Assembly (NCBI RefSeq): GCF_009914755.1
Contig: NC_060934.1
DNA: 64,000 nucleotides
Reading direction: 5' to 3' (one strand)
Source: the human T2T-CHM13v2.0 reference genome, Homo sapiens
In this document: positions 1 to 11,300 of the stretch, piece after piece
Numbering within the stretch: the stretch's first letter is position 1
Layout of the letters: each line of letters starts with the position of its first letter
Program-made: the position numbers and the translations under genes
Notes under the pieces: model-generated
Databases searched by the model: none
Told to the model about the DNA's origin: nothing
Seen by the model: the letters and a program-made list of their open reading frames with translations, nothing else

Positions 1-295
1 AATTCTCAGTAACTTCTTTGTGTTGTGTGTATTCAACTCACAGAGTTGAACCTTTCTTTAGAGGGAGCAGAGGTGAAACACTCTTTTTGTGGAATTTGCT
101 AGTGTAGATTTCAAACGCTTCGAAGTCAGTGATAGAAAAGGATGTATCTTCGTATTAAAAGTAGACAAAATCATTCTCAGAAAACTCTTTGTGATGTGTG
201 TGTTCAACTCACAGAGTTTAACCTTTCTTTAATCGAGCAGTTTGGAAATACACTCTTTGTAAGTCTGCAGGTGGATATTTGGCCCTCTTTGAGCC

Positions 296-312
296 CTTCG
301 TTGGAAACGGGA
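296..312 (+). promoter_or_regulatory. CENP-B box (first of one per ~340-bp dimer across the window)
   Basis: CTTCGTTGGAAACGGGA is an exact match to the 17-bp YTTCGTTGGAARCGGGA motif. It repeats at 636, 976 (AAGCGGGA form in dimer C), 1315 and onward. Confidence 0.95.
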
Positions 313-464
313 TTTCCTCATATAATGCTAGACAGAAGAATTCTCAGTAACTTCTTTGTGTTGTTTGTATTCAACACACAGATTTGAACCTTCCTTTAGA
401 GAGAGCAGATTTGAAACACTCTGTTTTTGGAATTTGCAAGTGCAGATTTCAAGCGCTTCTAGGC

Positions 465-481
465 CTATGGCAGAAAAGGAA
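465..481 (+). promoter_or_regulatory. pJalpha/A-box-like site in the non-CENP-B monomer of dimers B and B'
   Basis: CTATGGCAGAAAAGGAA differs from the A-box consensus CTAYGGTGRAAAAGGAA at two positions and lies one monomer (171 bp) upstream of the CENP-B box. Binding cannot be shown from sequence. Confidence 0.55.
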
Positions 482-1357
482 ATATCTTCGTATAAAAACT
501 ACACAGAATCATTCTCAACAACTACTTTGTGATGTGTGCGTTCAACTCACAGAGTTTAACCTTTCTTTTCATAGAGCAGTTTGGAAACACTCTGTTTGTA
601 AAGCCTGCAAGTGCTTTTTTGGACTTCATTGAGGCCTTCGTTGGAAACGGGATTTCTTCATATAATGCTAGACAGAAGAATTCTCAGTCACTTCTTTGTG
701 TTGTGTGTATTCAAGTCACAGAGTTGAACCTTCCTTTAGACAGAGCAGTTTTGAAAAATTCTTTCTGTGGAGTTTGCAAGTGGAGATTTCAAGCGATTTG
801 AGGCTAATCTTTGAAATGGAAATATCTTCGTGTAAAAACTACACAGAATCATTCTCAGAAACTGCTTTGTCATCTGTGCGTTCAGTTCACAGAGTTTCAC
901 CTTTCTCTTCATAGAGCAGTTTGGAAAGACTCTGTCTGTAAAGTCTGCAAGTGATTAGTTAGACCCCTTTGAGGCCTTCGTTGGAAGCGGGATTTCTCAT
1001 TTACTGCTAGACAGAAGAATTCTCAGTAAATCCTTTGTGTTGTGTGTATTCAACTCACAGAGTGGAACCTTCCTTTATTCAGAGCAGTTTTGAAAAACAC
1101 TTTTTGTGGAATTTGCAAGTGGAGATTTCAAGCGATTTGACGCCAATCTTAGACATGGAAATATCTTCATATTAAAAGTACACAGAGTCATTCGTAGAAA
1201 CTAGTTTGTGATGTGTGCCTTCAACTCACAGAGTTTAACCTTTCTTTTCATAGAGCAGTTTGGAAACACTCTATTTGTAAAGTCTGCAAGTGGATATTTG
1301 GACCTCTTTGAGGCCTTCGTTGGAAACGGGATTTCTTCATACAACGCTAGACAGAAG

Positions 1358-2376
1358 AATTCTCAGTAACTTCTTTGTGTTGTGTGTATTCAACTCACAG
1401 AGTTGAACCTTTCTTTAGAGAGAGCAGAGTTGAAACACTCTGTTTTTGGAATTTGCAACTGCAGATTTCAAGCGATTCTAGGCCTATGGCAGAAAAGGAA
1501 ATATCTTCGTATAAAAACTACACAGAATCATTCTCAACAACTACTTTGTGATGTGTGCGTTCAACTCACAGAGTTTAACCTTTCTTTTCATAGAGCAGTT
1601 TGGAAACACTCTGTTTGTAAAGCCTGCAAGTGCTTTTTTGCACTTCATTGAGGCCTTCGTTGGAAACGGGATTTCTTCATATAATGCTAGACAGAAGAAT
1701 TCTCAGTCACTTCTTTGTGTTGTGTGTATTCAAGTCACAGAGTTGAACCTTCCTTTAGACAGAGCAGTTTTGAAAAATTCTTTCTGTGTAATTTGCAAGT
1801 GGAGATTTCAAGCGATTTGAGGCTAATCTTTGAAATGGAAATATCTTCGTGTAAAAACTACACAGAATCATTCTCAGAAACTGCTTTGTCATCTGTGCGT
1901 TCAGTTCACAGAGTTTCACCTTTCTCTTCATAGAGCAGTTTGGAAAGACTCTGTCTGTAAAGTCTGCAAGTGATTAGTTAGACCCCTTTGAGGCCTTCGT
2001 TGGAAGCGGGATTTCTCATTTACTGCTAGACAGGAGAATTCTCAGTAAATCCTTTGTGTTGTGTGTATTCAACTCACAGAGTGGAACCTTCCTTTATTCA
2101 GAGCAGTTTTGAAACACTCTTTTTGTGGAATTTGCAAGTGGAGATTTCAAGCGATTTGACGCCAATCTTAGACATGGAAATATCTTCATATTAAAAGTAC
2201 ACAGAGTCATTCGTAGAAACTAGTTTGTGATGTGTGCCTTCAACTCACAGAGTTTAACCTTTCTTTTCATAGAGCAGTTGGGAAACACTCTATTTGTAAA
2301 GTCTGCAAGTGGATATTTGGACCTCTTTGAGGCCTTCGTTGGAAACGGGATTTCTTCATACAACGCTAGACAGAAG
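1358..2376 (+). repeat. 6-mer HOR variant B'CD (1019 bp), where B' is an A/B hybrid dimer
   Basis: B' begins like A (GTGTGTATTCAACTCACAGAGTTGAACCTTTCTTTAGA) and continues like B (CTCTGTTTTTGG...CTAGGCCTATGG). Other copies start at 2377, 6109, 9842, 12218, 14594, 18327, 20703, 23079, 24438, 26814, 30209 and 32585. Confidence 0.92.
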
Positions 2377-5300
2377 AATTCTCAGTAACTTCTTTGTGTT
2401 GTGTGTATTCAACTCACAGAGTTGAACCTTTCTTTAGAGAGAGCAGAGTTGAAACACTCTGTTTTTGGAATTTGCAACTGCAGATTTCAAGCGATTCTAG
2501 GCCTATGGCAGAAAAGGAAATATCTTCGTATAAAAACTACACAGAATCATTCTCAACAACTACTTTGTGATGTGTGCGTTCAACTCACAGAGTTTAACCT
2601 TTCTTTTCATAGAGCAGTTTGGAAACACTCTGTTTGTAAAGCCTGCAAGTGCTTTTTTGGACTTCATTGAGGCCTTCGTTGGAAACGGGATTTCTTCATG
2701 CAATGCTAGACAGAAGAATTCTCAGTCACTTCTTTGTGTTGTGTGTATTCAAGTCACAGAGTTGAACCTTCCTTTAGACAGAGCAGTTTTGAAAAATTCT
2801 TTCTGTGGAGTTTGCAAGTGGAGATTTCAAGCGATTTGAGGCTAATCTTTGAAATGGAAATATCTTCGTGTAAAAACTACACAGAATCATTCTCAGAAAC
2901 TGCTTTGTCATCTGTGCGTTCAGTTCACAGAGTTTCACCTTTCTCTTCATAGAGCAGTTTGGAAAGACTCTGTCTGTAAAGTCTGCAAGTGATAAGTTAG
3001 AACCCTTTGAGGCCTTCGTTGGAAGCGGGATTTCTCATTTACTGCTAGACAGAAGAATTCTCAGTAAATCCTTTGTGTTGTGTGTATTCAACTCACAGAG
3101 TGGAACCTTCCTTTATTCAGAGCAGTTTTGAAACACTCTTTTTGTGGAATTTGCAAGTGGAGATTTCAAGCGATTTGACGCCAATCTTAGACATGGAAAT
3201 ATCTTCATATTAAAAGTACACAGAGTCATTCGTAGAAACTAGTTTGTGATGTGTGCCTTGAACTCACAGAGTTTAACCTTTCTTTTCATAGAGCAGTTGG
3301 GAAACACTCTATTTGTAAAGTCTGCAAGTGGATATTTGGACCTCTTTGAGGCCTTCGTTGGAAACGGGATTTCTTCATATAACGCTAGACAGAAGAATTC
3401 TCAGTAACTTCTTTGTGTTGTGTGTATTCAACTCACAGAGTTGAACCTTTCTTTAGAGGGAGCAGAGGTGAAACAGTCTTTTTGTGGAATTTGCTAGTGT
3501 AGATTTCAAACGCTTCGAAGACAGTGATAGAAAAGGATATATCTTCGTATTAAAAGTAGACAAAATCATTCTCAGAAAACTCTTTGTGATGTGTGTGTTC
3601 AACTCACAGAGTTTAACCTTTCTTTAATCGAGCAGTTTGGAAATACACTCTTTGTAAGTCTGCAGGTGGATATTTGGCCCTCTTTGAGCCCTTCGTTGGA
3701 AACGGGATTTCCTCATATAATGCTAGACAGAAGAATTCTCAGTAACTTCTTTGTGTTGTTTGTATTCAACACACAGATTTGAACCTTCCTTTAGAGAGAG
3801 CAGATTTGAAACACTCTGTTTTTGGAATTTGCAAGTGCAGATTTCAAGCGCTTCTAGGCCTATGGCAGAAAAGGAAATATCTTCGTATAAAAACTACACA
3901 GAATCATTCTCAACAACTACTTTGTGATGTGTGCGTTAAACTCACAGAGTTTAACCTTTCTTTTCATAGAGCAGTTTGGAAACACTCTGTTTGTAAAGCC
4001 TGCAAGTGCTTTTTGGACTTCATTGAGGCCTTCGTTGGAAACGGGAGTTCTTCATATAATGCTAGACAGAAGAATTCTCAGTCACTTCTTTGTGTTGTGT
4101 GTATTCAAGTCACAGAGTTGAACCTTCCTTTAGACAGAGCAGTTTTGAAAAATTCTTTCTGTGTAATTTGCAAGTGGAGATTTCAAGCGATTTGAGGCTA
4201 ATCTTTGAAATGGAAATATCTTCGTGTAAAAACTACACAGAATCATTCTCAGAAACTGCTTTGTCATCTGTGCGTTCAGTTCACAGAGTTTCACCTTTCT
4301 CTTCATAGAGCAGTTTGGAAAGACTCTGTCTGTAAAGTCTGCAAGTGATTAGTTAGACCCCTTTGAGGCCTTCGTTGGAAGCGGGATTTCTCATTTACTG
4401 CTAGACAGAAGAATTCTCAGTAAATCCTTTGTGTTGTGTGTATTCAACTCACAGAGTGGAACCTTCCTTTATTCAGAGCAGTTTTGAAACACTCTTTTTG
4501 TGGAATTTGCAAGTGGAGATTTCAAGCGATTTGACGCCAATCTTAGACATGGAAATATCTTCATATTAAAAGTACACAGAGTCATTCGTAGAAACTAGTT
4601 TGTGATGTGTGCCTTCAACTCACAGAGTTTAACCTTTCTTTTCATAGAGCAGTTGGGAAACACTCTATTTGTAAAGTCTGCAAGTGGATATTTGGACCTC
4701 TTTGAGGCCTTCGTTGGAAACGGGATTTCTTCATATAACGCTAGACAGAAGAATTCTCAGTAACTTCTTTGTGTTGTGTGTATTCAACTCACAGAGTTGA
4801 ACCTTTCTTTAGAGGGAGCAGAGGTGAAACACTCTTTTTGTGGAATTTGCTAGTGTAGATTTCAAACGCTTCGAAGACAGTGATAGAAAAGGATATATCT
4901 TCGTATTAAAAGTAGACAAAATCATTCTCAGAAAACTCTTTGTGATGTGTGTGTTCAACTCACAGAGTTTAACCTTTCTTTAATCGAGCAGTTTGGAAAT
5001 ACACTCTTTGTAAGTCTGCAGGTGGATATTTGGCCCTCTTTGAGCCCTTCGTTGGAAACAGGATTTCCTTATATAATGCTAGACAGAAGAATTCTCAGTA
5101 ACTTCTTTGTGTTGTTTGTATTCAACACACAGATTTGAACCTTCCTTTAGAGAGAGCAGATTTGAAACACTCTGTTTTTGGAATTTGCAAGTGCAGATTT
5201 CAAGCGCTTCTAGGCCTATGGCAGAAAAGGAAATATCTTCGTATAAAAACTACACAGAATCATTCTCAACAACTACTTTGTGATGTGTGCGTTCAACTCA

Positions 5301-8300
5301 CAGAGTTTAACCTTTCTTTTCATAGAGCAGTTTGGAAACACTCTGTTTGTAAAGCCTGCAAGTGCTTTTTTGGACTTCATTGAGGCCTTCGTTGGAAACG
5401 GGATTTCTTCATATAATGCTAGACAGAAGAATTCTCAGTCACTTCTTTGTGTTGTGTGTATTCAAGTCACAGAGTTGAACCTTCCTTTAGACAGAGCAGT
5501 TTTGAAAAATTCTTTCTGTGGAGTTTGCAAGTGGAGATTTCAAGCGATTTGAGGCTAATCTTTGAAATGGAAATATCTTCGTGTAAAAACTACACAGAAT
5601 CATTCTCAGAAACTGCTTTGTCATCTGTGCGTTCAGTTCACAGAGTTTCACCTTTCTCTTCATAGAGCAGTTTGGAAAGACTCTGTCTGTAAAGTCTGCA
5701 AGTGATTAGTTAGACCCCTTTGAGGCCTTCGTTGGAAGCGGGATTTCTCATTTACTGCTAGACAGAAGAATTCTCAGTAAAACCTTTGTGTTGTGTGTAT
5801 TCAACTCACAGAGTGGAACCTTCCTTTATTCAGAGCAGTTTTGAAAAACACTTTTTGTGGAATTTGCAAGTGGAGATTTCAAGCGATTTGACGCCAATCT
5901 TAGACATGGAAATATCTTCATATTAAAAGTACACAGAGTCATTCGTAGAAACTAGTTTGTGATGTGTGCCTTCAACTCACAGAGTTTAACCTTTCTTTTC
6001 ATAGAGCAGTTTGGAAACACTCTATTTGTAAAGTCTGCAAGTGGATATTTGGACCTCTTTGAGGCCTTCGTTGGAAACGGGATTTCTTCATACAACGCTA
6101 GACAGAAGAATTCTCAGTAACTTCTTTGTGTTGTGTGTATTCAACTCACAGAGTTGAACCTTTCTTTAGAGAGAGCAGAGTTGAAACACTCTGTTTTTGG
6201 AATTTGCAACTGCAGATTTCAAGCGATTCTAGGCCTATGGCAGAAAAGGAAATATCTTCGTATAAAAACTACACAGAATCATTCTCAACAACTACTTTGT
6301 GATGTGTGCGTTCAACTCACAGAGTTTAACCTTTCTTTTCATAGAGCAGTTTGGAAACACTCTGTTTGTAAAGCCTGCAAGTGCTTTTTTGGACTTCATT
6401 GAGGCCTTCGTTGGAAACGGGATTTCTTCATGTAATGCTAGACTGAAGAATTCTCAGTCACTTCTTTGTGTTGTGTGTATTCAAGTCACAGAGTTGAACC
6501 TTCCTTTAGACAGAGCAGTTTTGAAAAATTCTTTCTGTGGAGTTTGCAAGTGGAGATTTCAAGCGATTTGAGGCTAATCTTTGAAATGGAAATATCTTCG
6601 TGTAAAAACTACACAGAATCATTCTCAGAAACTGCTTTGTCATCTGTGCGTTCAGTTCACAGAGTTTCACCTTTCTCTTCATAGAGCAGTTTGGAAAGAC
6701 TCTGTCTGTAAAGTCTGCAAGTGATTAGTTAGACCCCTTTGAGGCCTTCGTTGGAAGCGGGATTTCTCATTTACTGCTAGACAGAAGAATTCTCAGTAAA
6801 TCCTTTGTGTTGTGTGTATTCAACTCACAGAGTGGAACCTTCCTTTATTCAGAGCAGTTTTGAAACACTCTTTTTGTGGAATTTGCAAGTGGAGATTTCA
6901 AGCGATTTGACGCCAATCTTAGACATGGAAATATCTTCATATTAAAAGTACACAGAGTCATTCGTAGAAACTAGTTTGTGATGTGTGCCTTCAACTCACA
7001 GAGTTTAACCTTTCTTTTCATAGAGCAGTTGGGAAACACTCTATTTGTAAAGTCTGCAAGTGGATATTTGGACCTCTTTGAGGCCTTCGTTGGAAACGGG
7101 ATTTCTTCATATAACGCTAGACAGAAGAATTCTCAGTAACTTCTTTGTGTTGTGTGTATTCAACTCACAGAGTTGAACCTTTCTTTAGAGGGAGCAGAGG
7201 TGAAACACTCTTTTTGTGGAATTTGCTAGTGTAGATTTCAAACGCTTCGAAGACAGTGATAGAAAAGGATGTATCTTCGTATTAAAAGTAGACAAAATCA
7301 TTCTCAGAAAACTCTTTGTGATGTGTGTGTTCAACTCACAGAGTTTAACCTTTCTTTAATCGAGCAGTTTGGAAATACACTCTTTGTAAGTCTGCAGGTG
7401 GATATTTGGCCCTCTTTGAGCCCTTCGTTGGAAACGGGATTTCCTCATATAATGCTAGACAGAAGAATTCTCAGTAACTTCTTTGTGTTGTTTGTATTCA
7501 ACACACAGATTTGAACCTTCCTTTAGAGAGAGCAGATTTGAAACACTCTGTTTTTGGAATTTGCAAGTGCAGATTTCAAGCGCTTCTAGGCCTATGGCAG
7601 AAAAGGAAATATCTTCGTATAAAAACTACACAGAATCATTCTCAACAACTACTTTGTGATGTGTGCGTTAAACTCACAGAGTTTAACCTTTCTTTTCATA
7701 GAGCAGTTTGGAAACACTCTGTTTGTAAAGCCTGCAAGTGCTTTTTTGGACTTCATTGAGGCCTTCGTTGGAAACGGGATTTCTTCATATAATGCTAGAC
7801 AGAAGAATTCTCAGTCACTTCTTTGTGTTGTGTGTATTCAAGTCACAGAGTTGAACCTTCCTTTAGACAGAGCAGTTTTGAAAAATTCTTTCTGTGGAGT
7901 TTGCAAGTGGAGATTTCAAGCGATTTGAGGCTAATCTTTGAAATGGAAATATCTTCGTGTAAAAACTACACAGAATCATTCTCAGAAACTGCTTTGTCAT
8001 CTGTGCGTTCAGTTCACAGAGTTTCACCTTTCTCTTCATAGAGCAGTTTGGAAAGACTCTGTCTGTAAAGTCTGCAAGTGATTAGTTAGAACCCTTTGAG
8101 GCCTTCGTTGGAAGCGGGATTTCTCATTTACTGCTAGACAGAAGAATTCTCAGTAAATCCTTTGTGTTGTGTGTATTCAACTCACAGAGTGGAACCTTCC
8201 TTTATTCAGAGCAGTTTTGAAACACTCTTTTTGTGGAATTTGCAAGTGGAGATTTCAAGCGATTTGACGCCAATCTTAGACATGGAAATATCTTCATATT

Positions 8301-11300
8301 AAAAGTACACAGAGTCATTCGTAGAAACTAGTTTGTGATGTGTGCCTTCAACTCACAGAGTTTAACCTTTCTTTTCATAGAGCAGTTTGGAAACACTCTA
8401 TTTGTAAAGTCTGCAAGTGGATATTTGGACCTCTTTGAGGCCTTCGTTGGAAACGGGATTTCTTCATATAACGCTAGACAGAAGAATTCTCAGTAACTTC
8501 TTTGTGTTGTGTGTATTCAACTCACAGAGTTGGACCTTTCTTTAGAGGGAGCAGAGGTGAAACACTCTTTTTGTGGAATTTGCTAGTGTAGATTTCAAAC
8601 GCTTCGAAGACAGTGATAGAAAAGGATATATCTTCGTATTAAAAGTAGACAAAATCATTCTCAGAAAACTCTTTGTGATGTGTGTGTTCAACTCACAGAG
8701 TTTAACCTTTCTATAATCGAGCAGTTTGGAAATACACTCTTTGTAAGTCTGCAGGTGGATATTTGGCCCTCTTTGAGCCCTTCGTTGGAAACGGGATTTC
8801 CTCATATAATGCTAGACAGAAGAATTCTCAGTAACTTCTTTGTGTTGTTTGTATTCAACACACAGATTTGAACCTTCCTTTAGAGAGAGCAGATTTGAAA
8901 CACTCTGTTTTTGGAATTTGCAAGTGCAGATTTCAAGCGCTTCTAGGCCTATGGCAGAAAAGGAAATATCTTCGTATAAAAACTACACAGAATCATTCTC
9001 AACAACTACTTTGTGATGTGTGCGTTCAACTCACAGAGTTTAACCTTTCTTTTCATAGAGCAGTTTGGAAACACTCTGTTTGTAAAGCCTGCAAGTGCTT
9101 TTTTGGACTTCATTGAGGCCTTCGTTGGAAACGGGATTTCTTCATATAATGCTAGACAGAAGAATTCTCAGTCACTTCTTTGTGTTGTGTGTATTCAAGT
9201 CACAGAGTTGAACCTTCCTTTAGACAGAGCAGTTTTGAAAAATTCTTTCTGTGGAGTTTGCAAGTGGAGATTTCAAGCGATTTGAGGCTAATCTTTGAAA
9301 TGGAAATATCTTCGTGTAAAAACTACACAGAATCATTCTCAGAAACTGCTTTGTCATCTGTGCGTTCAGTTCACAGAGTTTCACCTTTCTCTTCATAGAG
9401 CAGTTTGGAAAGACTCTGTCTGTAAAGTCTGCAAGTGATTAGTTAGACCCCTTTGAGGCCTTCGTTGGAAGCGGGATTTCTCATTTACTGCTAGACAGAA
9501 GAATTCTCAGTAAATCCTTTGTGTTGTGTGTATTCAACTCACAGAGTGGAACCTTCCTTTATTCAGAGCAGTTTTGAAAAACACTTTTTGTGGAATTTGC
9601 AAGTGGAGATTTCAAGCGATTTGACGCCAATCTTAGACATGGAAATATCTTCATATTAAAAGTACACAGAGTCATTCGTAGAAACTAGTTTGTGATGTGT
9701 GCCTTCAACTCACAGAGTTTAACCTTTCTTTTCATAGAGCAGTTTGGAAACACTCTATTTGTAAAGTCTGCAAGTGGATATTTGGACCTCTTTGAGGCCT
9801 TCGTTGGAAACGGGATTTCTTCATACAACGCTAGACAGAAGAATTCTCAGTAACTTCTTTGTGTTGTGTGTATTCAACTCACAGAGTTGAACCTTTCTTT
9901 AGAGAGAGCAGAGTTGAAACACTCTGTTTTTGGAATTTGCAACTGCAGATTTCAAGCGATTCTAGGCCTATGGCAGAAAAGGAAATATCTTCGTATAAAA
10001 ACTACACAGAATCATTCTCAACAACTACTTTGTGATGTGTGCGTTCAACTCACAGAGTTTAACCTTTCTTTTCATAGAGCAGTTTGGAAACACTCTGTTT
10101 GTAAAGCCTGCAAGTGCTTTTTTGGACTTCATTGAGGCCTTCTTTGGAAACGGGATTTCTTCATGTAATGCTAGACAGAAGAATTCTCAGTCACTTCTTT
10201 GTGTTGTGTGTATTCAAGTCACAGAGTTGAACCTTCCTTTAGACAGAGCAGTTTTGAAAAATTCTTTCTGTGGAGTTTGCAAGTGGAGATTTCAAGCGAT
10301 TTGAGGCTAATCTTTGAAATGGAAATATCTTCGTGTAAAAACTACACAGAATCATTCTCAGAAACTGTTTTGTCGTCTGTGCGTTCAGTTCACAGAGTTT
10401 CACCTTTCTCTTCATAGAGCAGTTTGGAAAGACTCTGTCTGTAAAGTCTGCAAGTGATTAGTTAGACCCCTTTGAGGCCTTCGTTGGAAGCGGGATTTCT
10501 CATTTACTGCTAGACAAAAGAATTCTCAGTAAATCCTTTGTGTTGTGTGTATTCAACTCACAGAGTGGAACCTTCCTTTATTCAGAGCAGTTTTGAAACA
10601 CTCTTTTTGTGGAATTTGCAAGTGGAGATTTCAAGCGATTTGACGCCAATCTTAGACATGGAAATATCTTCATATTAAAAGTACACAGAGTCATTCGTAG
10701 AAACTAGTTTGTGATGTGTGCCTTCAACTCACAGAGTTTAACCTTTCTTTTCATAGAGCAGTTTGGAAACACTCTATTTGTAAAGTCTGCAAGTGGATAT
10801 TTGGACCTCTTTGAGGCCTTCGTTGGAAACGGGATTTCTTCATATAACGCTAGACAGAAGAATTCTCAGTAACTTCTTTGTGTTGTGTGTATTCAACTCA
10901 CAGAGTTGGACCTTTCTTTAGAGGGAGCAGAGGTGAAACACTCTTTTTGTGGAATTTGCTAGTGTAGATTTCAAACGCTTCGAAGACAGTGATAGAAAAG
11001 GATATATCTTCGTATTAAAAGTAGACAAAATCATTCTCAGAAAACTCTTTGTGATGTGTGTGTTCAACTCACAGAGTTTAACCTTTCTATAATCGAGCAG
11101 TTTGGAAATACACTCTTTGTAAGTCTGCAGGTGGATATTTGGCCCTCTTTGAGCCCTTCGTTGGAAACGGGATTTCCTCATATAATGCTAGACAGAAGAA
11201 TTCTCAGTAACTTCTTTGTGTTGTTTGTATTCAACACACAGATTTGAACCTTCCTTTAGAGAGAGCAGATTTGAAACACTCTGTTTTTGGAATTTGCAAG

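Larger units (their letters stand above)
1..1357 (+). repeat. Canonical 8-mer HOR unit ABCD (A 1-338, B 339-678, C 679-1017, D 1018-1357)
   Basis: Diagnostic motifs are A GAGGGAGCAGAGGTG/TTTAATCGAG, B TTGTTTGTATTCAACACACAGATTT, C CAGTCACTT/GAAAAATTC and D CAGTAAATCC/AAAAGTACAC. Other copies start at 3396, 4752, 7128, 8485, 10861, 13237, 15613, 16970, 19346, 21722, 25457, 28852 and 31228. Confidence 0.93.

Noticed and set aside
1358-2376. Assignment to the chromosome 7 D7Z1 6-mer or the chromosome 1/5/19 dimer array
   Set aside because: The 6-mer here is a hybrid derivative of a co-occurring 8-mer, which fits those arrays poorly. A firm assignment needs alignment to reference HORs.
3779-4195. 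Longer 138-aa ORF
   Set aside because: It results from a 1-bp deletion in a T homopolymer near 4010-4014 that fuses two repeat frames. This is a plausible sequencing error or trivial slippage.
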